This document shows, in pieces, positions 1-8,597 of a DNA stretch of 47,345 nucleotides; the stretch's first letter is position 1, and each line of letters opens with the position of its first letter. Source of the DNA: an uncultured Gammaproteobacteria bacterium (lineage in GTDB: Bacteria; Patescibacteriota; Microgenomatia; CAYQLK01). The stretch is from NCBI GenBank assembly GCA_964426075.1, contig CAYROP010000002.1, forward strand, positions 1 through 47,345, in the 5' to 3' direction. The position numbers and the translations under genes were made by a program. Under the pieces are notes generated by a model, which was not told the DNA's origin, searched no databases, and worked only from the letters and a program-made list of their open reading frames with translations.

Positions 1-335
1 AATCCAAAATCTATTGGCATGCCACAGGATACGGCGAGAACGAACTAAAAAATCCTATGAAATTTGAACATTTTGGTATAGCTCCAATCGAAGCAATATC
101 AGCTGGCTGTAAACCTGTACTATATAAAGGAGGTGGACTTCCTGATATTATTAGTACTCTTAATTTCGACCAAGACTGCTTATTTTCATCAGTTGACGAA
201 CTTACAACAAATACCTTAAAGGTAATAAACAACAAGACAGACTTTGTGCTTGACGAAAAAACAAAAAAAATCTTAATAAACACATACTCTGACAATGCTT
301 TCAAAAAAAATCTTTTTAAAATAATCAATGATTAA
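1..335 (+). CDS. Glycosyltransferase family 4 (GT-B), C-terminal fragment; 5' end lies outside the window
   Basis: Frame is open from nt 3 (SKIYWHATGYGENELKNPMKFEHFGIAPIEAISAGCKPV). The EHFGI-x-P-x-E region is typical of GT4/Glycos_transf_1 C-termini. Confidence 0.7.
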   Translation, partial: SKIYWHATGYGENELKNPMKFEHFGIAPIEAISAGCKPVLYKGGGLPDIISTLNFDQDCLFSSVDELTTNTLKVINNKTDFVLDEKTKKILINTYSDNAFKKNLFKIIND

Positions 336-2007
336 AACGATAAAAAACAATTTTCTTATACTTTCAGGATTTTTAGTTGCATTTTTTATCCCGACAATAC
401 TATTTCTAAACAGGTTTTTAATACCTGATAGATCATACGATGCCCTTGTTTATCACTTATTTAATGCTCAAAGAGCATTCCATAACTGGTTTTGGCAATT
501 TTCTCCAGATGAATTCTTTCCTCTTGCCTTAGGTAACTTATCAGCATTTTATGACATGTTACTTTATCCATTTATCTTTGTATTCGGTTATCGACTGGGA
601 ACATTACCTAATTTATTCGCATTTTTCTTTATCACTTTCATTGCGTACAAAATAGTAAATACAATTTATCCAAACGTTTTCAAAATACACAAAATATTAT
701 CAATCGGATTACTAATCAACCTGACAGTCATTAATCAAATACTTCTAGAAGTCGGAACTTACAAAATAGATATTCTCAATACACTATTACCGCTTACTGG
801 GACATATTTTCTTTTAAAGTTTATTTCTGACAAGGGAACAAGTTATAAATATTTCGCAATCTATAACCTAATATTTATGTTTGTTTTTTATGGCAAAATA
901 ACCAATTCAATCATTATTCTGCCAATAATTACTGTAAATTTTTATTTAATTTTTTTCACTTCAAAATTTTCAAAACTTAATTTACTAAAAAAAATAGCGG
1001 TTTTTATTTCATCAGGAATCGTAATCTCATCACTTCTTGCAATACACTCATTACAAAACTACTTACTTAGTCAAGGCAACCCGTTTTTCCCATTATATAG
1101 CGGCTTATTCAAATCACCTTATTTAGAATACGAAAATTTTGCTGATGTTAGGTGGGGAGGAAAAACATTATTTGACAAAATAATTTGGCCGATTTTGTCA
1201 ATATTTCAAAACAACAGACTAGGGGAAATGAATACAATTTTTTATGATTTTAAACTTCAGTTTTTTTGGGTACTAGGAATAATTAGCTTGTTTTTTTCAA
1301 GAAAAAATAAAATTAAAGATTCAGAGAAAGCATTATATTTTCTGTTTTTCTCTTCAATGTTGCTTTGGTCAATTGTGTTTGGCTACAGTAGATATGCAAC
1401 ATATTCAGAAGTTTTAGGCGGAATACTGCTGTTTAAGTTTTTAGATCTAAAATACTCAAAACAAAAAATTTATTTATTTACATTCTCATGTGTAATTTTA
1501 ATTTTAATGATTCAAAACTTAAGAATAGTAAAGTTTAACTTTGGATACGATTGGGCATTTAGACCACCTCTTAAACGCAATCTAGAACTTCACAAAACAC
1601 AAATTCCTTACTTATTTGAAAAACAAATTAAATTACCAATAGATAGTTCTCAAATCGATATTACCCTAAATTGTTTTCTACCAAACAGCGGATTCTACAT
1701 TCTTTCTAATCTAAAAAATAAACCATTAATAAACATCGAAGAATCCTCAAATAATATTTACAAATTCATGGCGAATAATGAAAAATACCGTTCAAAAGTT
1801 CGGGAAAGACTAAACAGTTCAATTAATAAAGAGGAATACAATTTTGCAATCCTACTACCCGACGACCAAGTAGGTAAGATATTAAACACATGTTTCAACA
1901 CACTAAATAAATATCCAAACACAATTGAAAATATTGAATACACCGACTCGATGATGGGATTTACTCATCAAAAAATTATTATCGTAACTGGCAAAATTAA
2001 AATCTAA
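328..2007 (+). CDS. Large polytopic membrane protein, possible GT-C-type (lipid-linked sugar dependent) glycosyltransferase
   Basis: 559-aa ORF with many hydrophobic helices in the N-terminal two thirds and a soluble C-terminal third. ATGA overlap with the upstream GT4. Context of GT2/GtrA genes. The function is inferred. Confidence 0.55.
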   Translation: MIKTIKNNFLILSGFLVAFFIPTILFLNRFLIPDRSYDALVYHLFNAQRAFHNWFWQFSPDEFFPLALGNLSAFYDMLLYPFIFVFGYRLGTLPNLFAFFFITFIAYKIVNTIYPNVFKIHKILSIGLLINLTVINQILLEVGTYKIDILNTLLPLTGTYFLLKFISDKGTSYKYFAIYNLIFMFVFYGKITNSIIILPIITVNFYLIFFTSKFSKLNLLKKIAVFISSGIVISSLLAIHSLQNYLLSQGNPFFPLYSGLFKSPYLEYENFADVRWGGKTLFDKIIWPILSIFQNNRLGEMNTIFYDFKLQFFWVLGIISLFFSRKNKIKDSEKALYFLFFSSMLLWSIVFGYSRYATYSEVLGGILLFKFLDLKYSKQKIYLFTFSCVILILMIQNLRIVKFNFGYDWAFRPPLKRNLELHKTQIPYLFEKQIKLPIDSSQIDITLNCFLPNSGFYILSNLKNKPLINIEESSNNIYKFMANNEKYRSKVRERLNSSINKEEYNFAILLPDDQVGKILNTCFNTLNKYPNTIENIEYTDSMMGFTHQKIIIVTGKIKI

Positions 2008-2699
2008 CTTTTTAGATACCAAAGCGGAAGATGCAAAAATATTTTTAATGCATGCTTCATTGTTACACCTTTTTTAACATCAAAATAAATTGTTGATACA
2101 AGTAATTCTGTAAATGGAATTTTTTTTCTTCCAACTACTGCTGACATTTCTGCCTCTACACCATACCCTTTAGATGTCCAATTTATCTTATTAAACACAT
2201 CAGTCCTGAGTGCAATAAATCCGCACAAAATATCTCGTCTTTTTATATTAAACAAATACCTAATAATTAAACCTGCGACCATATTGCCAGCTTTTCTTAC
2301 TTTTGGAGCATCTGATAATAACATTCGATATCCAAACACAATTGGTGAGACCTCTAAAGCTAGTAAAAAATCCTTAATGTGTTCTGGACTATGTTGTCTA
2401 TCACCATCCATAAAAATAATTGCTCCAGCGTTATTTTTTTTCGCGTATTTAAGTCCTTGTTTCATTGCAACACCCTTGCCAGAATTTTTTGATAAATCAA
2501 TAAGTCTAATTTTTTTGTGTTTTTCTTTTTGACTCAAGATAATATCGCGAGTACGATCCTTCGATCCATCATTTACAAAAACTACTTGCGATACGTTTTT
2601 TATTGTATTTACTTCCTTAAATAAGTCTTTAATAAATCTTCCGACATATTTTTCCTCGTTATACACAGGCACAACAATAAAAACCTTTTTTACAACCAT
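2004..2699 (-). CDS. GT2 family glycosyltransferase, GtrB/DPM1-like polyprenyl-phosphate sugar synthase
   Basis: N-terminal VVPVYNEE, VNDGSKD and DGD motifs typical of GT2 (GT-A fold). Divergent from a GtrA gene. Confidence 0.8.
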   Translation of the reverse strand: MVVKKVFIVVPVYNEEKYVGRFIKDLFKEVNTIKNVSQVVFVNDGSKDRTRDIILSQKEKHKKIRLIDLSKNSGKGVAMKQGLKYAKKNNAGAIIFMDGDRQHSPEHIKDFLLALEVSPIVFGYRMLLSDAPKVRKAGNMVAGLIIRYLFNIKRRDILCGFIALRTDVFNKINWTSKGYGVEAEMSAVVGRKKIPFTELLVSTIYFDVKKGVTMKHALKIFLHLPLWYLKS

Positions 2700-2733
2700 A
2701 AAATTTTATCTTGATATTGTATACTCAAACCCG

Positions 2734-3150
2734 ATGCAAAAAAAAGCGATTAAATTATTCCACTTACACAAATCGAAGTTTTTAAAATATATTTTTATTG
2801 GTCTTGCCAGTGTTGGAGTAAATAATATATTTCTTTTTATCCTTGTTAAGATCTATAAATTACCTAGTCTTAACTCAGTAATTATTGCTTGGTTATTAAG
2901 CGTGATATTCAACTATATTGCAACCAATCTTTTTACTTTTCAGACCAAAATGTCAAAAATTCAATTGATTAAGTATTTATTACTACTGTCATTCAATTTG
3001 TTCGTGGTCAAAACAATAACCACTATTTTATTAAACACAAACTTGGACATCTTTTTTATTAATTTACTAGTTACTGGGGTAATAGTCCCTTATACTTACC
3101 TAATTTACAATTACTATATCTTTAAACCCAAGCCAGAGATTATCGATTAA
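2734..3150 (+). CDS. GtrA-family small membrane protein (putative lipid-linked sugar translocation)
   Basis: 138 aa with four predicted TM helices. The FLKYIFIGLASVGVNNIFLFIL N-terminus is typical of the GtrA family. Confidence 0.7.
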   Translation: MQKKAIKLFHLHKSKFLKYIFIGLASVGVNNIFLFILVKIYKLPSLNSVIIAWLLSVIFNYIATNLFTFQTKMSKIQLIKYLLLLSFNLFVVKTITTILLNTNLDIFFINLLVTGVIVPYTYLIYNYYIFKPKPEIID

Positions 3151-4146
3151 CTACTTATATCCATCGGGATTTTTTTTAGTCCAATTCCACTGATCAACAA
3201 TCGAATCTCTAACAGTTTTTTTAGGAACCCAGCCAAGCAATGTCTCAGCCTTCTTATTTGAAGCGTACAATACTTCTGGATCCCCAGGTCGAGGTTCAAC
3301 AACACTGTAGTTTAATTTTTTCTCTGCAACATCTTCAGCTAGCTTGAATATCTCCAAGCAACTAGTTGCCTTACCAGTTGATAAATTAATTGGAGTAAAA
3401 CCTTTAATATTTTTTTCCAAAGCTTTTATGTGTCCAAGTGCTAAATCATATATATCAATATAATCTCTTTCCTGTGAACCATCCTCAGTCTTAAAGTTAT
3501 CTCCAAACAACAACACTTTTTCTCTTCTACCAACCAATGTTTGCATAACCAAAGGAAGCAAATTAGTTGATCTTGATGGATCCTCACCTAACTCTCCTGT
3601 AGGATAAGCACCAACCGCATTAAAATATCTCAGAGCCACAGTCGAAACACCTTTACTAACATACTCACTTGCCAATTCTTCCATTTGAAGTTTTGATTGT
3701 CCGTAAGCATTCATAGGATTTTTTGGAGACTCTTCAGTTATTGGCACCTCTCCATTTCCATATACCGCTGCAGTAGATGAAAAAATCAATTGTCTAACAC
3801 CAAACTCTGCCATTAATTCCAAAATGGTTTTTAAGCCTCCAACATTATTATCAAAGTATTTATCAGGCTCTCGATCAGCCTCACCTACAGATTTATAAGA
3901 AGCAAAATGAATAACCCCATCAGGTTTAAATTTTTCAAAAACTGATCTCATACCTTCCTTATCACGAACATCAAGTTTTTCAAAACCAAAATCTTTGCCA
4001 GTTACTTTCTTAACCCTATCCAATGCCTGCATATAACCTCGCTCCAAGGTATCAACCACACAAACTTCATAACCATGATTCAACAACTCCACCAATGTAA
4101 TTGATCCAATATAACCAGCTCCACCAGTTACTAGTATTTTCTTCAT
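3151..4146 (-). CDS. galE: UDP-glucose 4-epimerase
   Basis: GGAGYIGS Rossmann motif and YGQSK catalytic YxxxK motif. 331 aa with SDR-extended architecture. Confidence 0.9.
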   Translation of the reverse strand: MKKILVTGGAGYIGSITLVELLNHGYEVCVVDTLERGYMQALDRVKKVTGKDFGFEKLDVRDKEGMRSVFEKFKPDGVIHFASYKSVGEADREPDKYFDNNVGGLKTILELMAEFGVRQLIFSSTAAVYGNGEVPITEESPKNPMNAYGQSKLQMEELASEYVSKGVSTVALRYFNAVGAYPTGELGEDPSRSTNLLPLVMQTLVGRREKVLLFGDNFKTEDGSQERDYIDIYDLALGHIKALEKNIKGFTPINLSTGKATSCLEIFKLAEDVAEKKLNYSVVEPRPGDPEVLYASNKKAETLLGWVPKKTVRDSIVDQWNWTKKNPDGYK

Positions 4147-4838
4147 AAATAACTCCTTAGTTTTATTATCTCTTTAAATGATCTTAAAATCACTTTTATA
4201 TTCGCACCAGTCTGAGATCCTTTTTTCCTTGGCAAATGCCTAACAGGTAACTCAAGAATATTATATTTCTTTCTTTTTGCTTTAATAATTATTTCTGCTG
4301 AAACCAATGCACCCTTACTACCAATCGGTTTAATGTTTTGATAAACCTCTCTTTTCATTAACTTAAAAGCACAATTAACATCCCTGACCCAGAACCGATA
4401 AATTATTTTTACACAAAGATTATAGATACTAGAATTTAACTTTCTAACAAAAGGATCGGCTCTTTTTTCTCTATAACCAATTACCATCTGATATCCATTA
4501 GAAGCATTAATGAATTTTTTAATCTGCTTATAGTCGAATTGTCCGTCGCTATCAGCAAAAAAAATCCAGTCTTTTTTCGACGCCCTAAGACCAGTCGCAA
4601 TCGCAGCTCCATAACCCATATTTTTTCTATGTCTTACCAGTCTTATCCGATCGTTTGTTTTACCTAAAGCTCTCACAATTTCTGGGGTATCATCCGTTGA
4701 CCCATCATCCACAACGATCAATTCAAAACTAATATTTTCAGGAATGGCTTTAATTAGAGCATTAACCGACTTGCTGATATTTTCAGACTCGTTATAGGCA
4801 GGAAGAAATACAGACAAAGATCTTATGTTACTTTTCAC
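4143..4838 (-). CDS. GT2 family glycosyltransferase, second GtrB/DPM1-like paralog
   Basis: LPAYNE, VDDGSTD and DSDGQ motifs. ATGA-type overlap with galE. Divergent from a second GtrA gene. Confidence 0.8.
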   Translation of the reverse strand: MKSNIRSLSVFLPAYNESENISKSVNALIKAIPENISFELIVVDDGSTDDTPEIVRALGKTNDRIRLVRHRKNMGYGAAIATGLRASKKDWIFFADSDGQFDYKQIKKFINASNGYQMVIGYREKRADPFVRKLNSSIYNLCVKIIYRFWVRDVNCAFKLMKREVYQNIKPIGSKGALVSAEIIIKAKRKKYNILELPVRHLPRKKGSQTGANIKVILRSFKEIIKLRSYL

Positions 4839-4900
4839 AAAATAGGTTTTGCATTAAACTAAGTAATTGTATTTAGATTCGAATATTATTTCAATTACAT

Positions 4901-5296
4901 ATGAAGGGGAGAATTAAAAAAATATTCCACGACAACAAAAAAACATTCGGTAAATATTTAATAACAGGTAGCGCCACCTTAGCTGTCAACAATCTTGCCC
5001 TCGCACTTATCCTAGTAACGCTTGATATTGAAGAGCTTTATTCAGTAATTTTATCTGCTGTTATTACAGTTATCTTTGGTTTTATCGTCAACTCTCTTAT
5101 TACATTCAAATCAAAAATGAAGTTATGGAATTTTGTAAAATACACACTTCTTGCTGGGCTTAACATCGTAATTATCAAATTCACTACAGTATTTTTCCTG
5201 TCATTTGGAATTAATGTATTCGTAATCACTATTCTCAACACCACAATAATCGTCCCAATCAACTACCTAGCATTCAAATATATTGTATTCAAGTAA
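4901..5296 (+). CDS. GtrA-family small membrane protein (second copy)
   Basis: 131 aa with four TM helices. The N-terminus FGKYLITGSATLAVNNLALALIL resembles the 2734..3150 product. Confidence 0.7.
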   Translation: MKGRIKKIFHDNKKTFGKYLITGSATLAVNNLALALILVTLDIEELYSVILSAVITVIFGFIVNSLITFKSKMKLWNFVKYTLLAGLNIVIIKFTTVFFLSFGINVFVITILNTTIIVPINYLAFKYIVFK

Positions 5297-5301
5297 CACT
5301 A

Positions 5302-5376
5302 TGGAGCGGGGGACGGGATTCGAACCCGCGACCTCGTCCTTGGCAAGGACGCATACTACCACTGTACTACCCCCGC
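5302..5376 (-). tRNA. tRNA-Gly (anticodon GCC), CCA encoded
   Basis: Reverse complement folds as a cloverleaf: acceptor gcggggg/cccccgc, anticodon arm cgtcc-ttGCCaa-ggacg, T arm gcggg-ttcgaat-cccgt, then t-cca. Confidence 0.9.
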
Positions 5377-5455
5377 ATAATCAACTTTTGCGCCCGCCAA
5401 TTTTACCCCGCATCACTCATAAGGTGCAAGACTTATAAAAAATGTCCTGTAGTAG

Positions 5456-5484
5456 TTGACTAACCAAATATTTATAGCTAAAAT
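5456..5484 (+). promoter_or_regulatory. Sigma70-type promoter of the GAPDH cassette
   Basis: TTGACT (5456-5461), 17-nt spacer, TAAAAT (5479-5484). Confidence 0.5.
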
Positions 5485-5540
5485 CCCAAACTGCCAACTA
5501 AGGCAAGAACCTTAACCAAAAGAAAGAAGGTAAATCAAAA

Positions 5541-6608
5541 ATGTCAGAACCCGTAAGGGTAGGCATCAATGGCTTCGGACGCATCGGCAGACTCGCTCTA
5601 CGTATTTTCGAAGCAAAGTACAAAGGCGTTCTCGAGGTCGTTGCCATTAACGACCTTTGGCCACCTGAAGTCCTCGCACACTACTTCGAGTTCGACAGCA
5701 TCTACCGCGCCTATCCCGGCACGGTCAGTGCAAATATCGCAACCGAAGGCGTCCGCGGCACGATCTGTGTCGATGGACGCAACATCGTCGTGTTCAACGA
5801 ACGCAACCCATCGAACATTCCCTGGTCAGAACTAGGTGTGGAAATCGTCATCGAAGCCTCAGGCTTTTTCACTGACGCCAACCTGGCTCGTGGCCACATC
5901 GACGGTGGTGGCGCCAAGAAGGTGCTAATCTCAGCACCAGCCAAGAACGAAGACATCACCGTTGTCCTTGGTGTCAACGATCTTCTGCTCCGCCCAGAAC
6001 ACGCAGTCATCAGCAACGCCAGCTGCACCACCAACGGCCTCAGCCCTCTGGCTCTGGTCTTGGAACAAAGCTTCGGAATCGAAGCAGGGATCCTCACCAC
6101 GATCCACTCCAAGACCGGCACACAAAGCCTGACCGACAGCCCGAAACCGGACTTTGGGGACGGCAGGGACGGTTCGACCAACATGGTACCGGGTGATACC
6201 GGCGCAGCCAAAGCCGTCGAACTCGTCATTCCCAGCCTGAAAGGCAAGTTCAAGGGTATTGCTGTCAGGGTTCCGACCGCAACGGTTTCCCTGATCGACT
6301 TCTCGGTCCTCCTTAACCGGGAAACGACCAACGAAGAAATCCGTGAAGTCATGTTGGCCGCAGCCAATGGACCACTTCAGGGTATCCTCGACGTCACCGA
6401 CAAGAGGCTGGCATCATCGGACTTCATCGGCAACAGCTTCTCCTCGATCTTCAGCTCAGTCAACACTCAAGTCATCGGCCGGCTGGTGAAAATCCTTAGC
6501 TGGTACGACAACGAGTGGGGATATGCCACCAGACTCTGCGATCTTGCCGCTCTGGTAGCTTCCATGCTGGTTGCTTCCATGCTGGAATCAGCCAAGCCGA
6601 ACAACTAG
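5541..6608 (+). CDS. gap: Glyceraldehyde-3-phosphate dehydrogenase, divergent type I; GC-rich compositional outlier
   Basis: NGFGRIGR NAD-binding motif, SNASCTTN active-site Cys, TTIHS His, TGAAKAV, and WYDNEWGY near the C-terminus. SD agaagg lies upstream. Confidence 0.9.
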   Translation: MSEPVRVGINGFGRIGRLALRIFEAKYKGVLEVVAINDLWPPEVLAHYFEFDSIYRAYPGTVSANIATEGVRGTICVDGRNIVVFNERNPSNIPWSELGVEIVIEASGFFTDANLARGHIDGGGAKKVLISAPAKNEDITVVLGVNDLLLRPEHAVISNASCTTNGLSPLALVLEQSFGIEAGILTTIHSKTGTQSLTDSPKPDFGDGRDGSTNMVPGDTGAAKAVELVIPSLKGKFKGIAVRVPTATVSLIDFSVLLNRETTNEEIREVMLAAANGPLQGILDVTDKRLASSDFIGNSFSSIFSSVNTQVIGRLVKILSWYDNEWGYATRLCDLAALVASMLVASMLESAKPNN

Positions 6609-6628
6609 ATCGGCTCAACTCCTAAAAA

Positions 6629-6673
6629 GCAGGGGATACTCATCTAACCAATGAGTGTCCGCCTGCTTTTTTT
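6629..6673 (+). terminator. Intrinsic terminator of gap
   Basis: Long hairpin gcaggggatactcat / atgagtgtccgcctgc followed by T7. Confidence 0.7.
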
Positions 6674-6741
6674 ATTTTCAACCCATAGCAATATTGACAA
6701 AGACTGTGAATTGTTCGAATATAAAACTATATCTAAACTAA

Positions 6742-7344
6742 ATGGAAAAAGAGTCTACTAGAACAAATGATTTTTCAGCTGTAGGAATACTTATTTCCTT
6801 TTTACTCGCGATTTGTCTACTATATTTTGCTCAATTTTTTATTAAAGATTTAAATAGTCTTTACAATGGCACACAACCAATCAGACCAAATTTTGAGAAA
6901 ATAAAACCTCAAATCCTTGATCGTAGTGGCAATGTCAACTTACCCAACCAAATACCTCAATCAAACGACAAAAACTTCACATACAATGGTGTTAGCTACA
7001 CTACATATACCGAAGCAAACGATGCTTTTGAAAAACAAGAACTTCTGCCTTACCAAAGCCGTAAACTAGTTATTTCCGCTCTTGTTAATATTCCACTCTT
7101 TGTTATTGCAACCGGACTATTTGTCTCATTGGGGCGCAAAAGAAGTTCTTATAGAGTTGTAACAGGGTCGTTTTTTGGCTCAATGTTCTTATCAATTACA
7201 ATTCTTTTAGTCGAACTAGCCTCAATGGTTTATCGTTATAATCAAAAAATCGCAACCTACGGCATTCTTAGTGTTTTAATTTTAGTTTTTGTTGTTACCA
7301 TCGTATTTATTCAAGATAGACACCGCAGACCAAAAGCTAAGTAG
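6742..7344 (+). CDS. Hypothetical membrane protein
   Basis: 200-aa ORF with AT-rich host-like composition, one N-terminal and about three C-terminal hydrophobic helices. No recognisable motif. Confidence 0.55.
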   Translation: MEKESTRTNDFSAVGILISFLLAICLLYFAQFFIKDLNSLYNGTQPIRPNFEKIKPQILDRSGNVNLPNQIPQSNDKNFTYNGVSYTTYTEANDAFEKQELLPYQSRKLVISALVNIPLFVIATGLFVSLGRKRSSYRVVTGSFFGSMFLSITILLVELASMVYRYNQKIATYGILSVLILVFVVTIVFIQDRHRRPKAK

Positions 7345-7464
7345 TCAGCAATAATCACAAACCTTGAAGCTTAATCAGATAGTCTGTTAAAATCACCTTT
7401 GAATTTCAATGAAAAAAATCTCATTGAATTACAAAATCTGGTTTTGAACAAGCTATGCTTGTCA

Positions 7465-7520
7465 AAACTTTCCTTTTAGGAAAAGGGATACTAAGGAAAA
7501 ATCTTGGTGTCTCCTTTAAC
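7465..7520 (+). promoter_or_regulatory. Conserved two-hairpin tRNA 5' leader motif, copy 1
   Basis: The sequence aaaactttccttttaggaaaagggatactaaggaaaaatcttggtgtctcctttaac ends 3 nt before tRNA-Phe. It is related to copies at 14841 and 19903. Confidence 0.4.
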
Positions 7521-7523
7521 AAA

Positions 7524-7596
7524 GCCGAGGTAGCAAAGTTGGTCAATGCACGCGTCTGAAAAACGCGCCATGTCAGTTCGATTCTGACCCTCGGCA
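7524..7596 (+). tRNA. tRNA-Phe (anticodon GAA), no encoded CCA
   Basis: Acceptor gccgagg/cctcggc, anticodon arm cgcgt-ctGAAaa-acgcg, T arm gtcag-ttcgatt-ctgac, discriminator a. The D stem is weak (3 bp). Confidence 0.85.
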
Positions 7597-7612
7597 CTTT
7601 AAAAAAAATGGT

Positions 7613-7670
7613 GAGGGAAGAACGAAAATCGAGTTTACGAGATTTTCCTTCTGACCCTCGGAACTTTTTT
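7613..7670 (+). terminator. Interrupted hairpin plus T6 downstream of tRNA-Phe; its 3' arm repeats the tRNA 3' end
   Basis: Pairs gaggg/ccctc, aag/ctt and gaaaatc/gattttc, then T6 at 7665-7670. It contains ctgaccctcgg, identical to tRNA positions 7584-7594. Confidence 0.45.
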
Positions 7671-7794
7671 ACTTGCAAACAATCCCATAGTTTTGATATT
7701 AACTAGATTGTGATAGAATTCCTTTCGGTTTAACGACCATAATTCGCACCATAACAATAAAGGGGACCAACCCGAAAGGACGAGTGGCACACGC

Positions 7795-8583
7795 ATGCCT
7801 CATGGTTATGCCGCCAGAAACATGCCCGACTTCGATCGAAGCAGGGTAGTATTTTCAACCCACGGCATCAAACACCTGCATCATCTCGGCGACTTCTACA
7901 ACGCCCTTTTCACCCGAGATCCGAACGAAACATTCGCCATCAAGGTCGACGCTGAAATTTCGGCCTTCGTCGGGGTCGGCGCAGTCATGACCAATGCGAA
8001 TCAGATTCGCTACGGCAACACTCCGCCAATTATGCTCGACATCAAGCTCGGCGATATGCCCTCCGTGGTCGCAAATGCCGCCAAGGCACTCAGTGAAGTC
8101 CACGAGCCAGTAGCCTTCACCGTCAATCCAAGCTCCGGCATGGCAAGTCTTCACGCCGCAGTCGAAAACCGCGGCGTCTGCCAGATCATCGTCTCGACGG
8201 TCAACACCTCACTCAGTGACGACGACTGCCGACTGATCTACAACCGTGACCGAACAAGCCAAGTCATGACTTTTGCAGAAATGGCTGCCGAAGCGGGCGC
8301 ACAAGGCGTAATTGTCGGCGGATGGGAAATCGAGCTACTAAAAAAACTCGGCATCCCTTCGTCGCTCAAAATCTACGGCGCAGGAATCCGGCCCACCTGG
8401 TTCACCAACCGTGGTGACAACTACCGTACCGTTACGCCAACAGAAGCCATCCTTCAAGGCGCAGACAAGATCATCGTCGGCGGACCGGTTCTCAACCAGA
8501 ACGACCCAGAAAGCAAGCGTAGCGCAGCTCTAAAAATCCTGCGCGAAGTCAACAAAGCAATCGGGGTTCCGGCCCTAACCTAA
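7795..8583 (+). CDS. Orotidine-5'-phosphate decarboxylase superfamily protein (PyrF-like, atypical); GC-rich outlier
   Basis: LDIKLGDM matches the DxKxxD motif. AGIRP...RGDNYRTVTPTEAILQGADKIIVGGPV parallels the PyrF C-terminal PGIRP..DQxR..TP..A..G.D..V.GRP block, but with Gly in place of the Arg. Confidence 0.7.
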   Translation: MPHGYAARNMPDFDRSRVVFSTHGIKHLHHLGDFYNALFTRDPNETFAIKVDAEISAFVGVGAVMTNANQIRYGNTPPIMLDIKLGDMPSVVANAAKALSEVHEPVAFTVNPSSGMASLHAAVENRGVCQIIVSTVNTSLSDDDCRLIYNRDRTSQVMTFAEMAAEAGAQGVIVGGWEIELLKKLGIPSSLKIYGAGIRPTWFTNRGDNYRTVTPTEAILQGADKIIVGGPVLNQNDPESKRSAALKILREVNKAIGVPALT

Positions 8584-8597
8584 ACCAACAAACCCTT

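Noticed and set aside
5711-6367. 218-aa ORF antisense to gap, plus smaller ORFs at 5569..5835 and 5931..6125
   Set aside because: It lies wholly inside a gene with clear GAPDH motifs on the other strand. Long stop-free antisense frames are expected in GC-rich, C-ending coding sequence. The product is low-complexity and Arg/Ser/Pro-rich, with no SD.
7465-7520. The tRNA leader motif as a remnant of the 16S rRNA 3' end (GGAUCACCUCCUUA-like CCUU/GG elements)
   Set aside because: The resemblance is limited to a few nucleotides and the helix geometry differs from helix 45. No rRNA sequence is adjacent.
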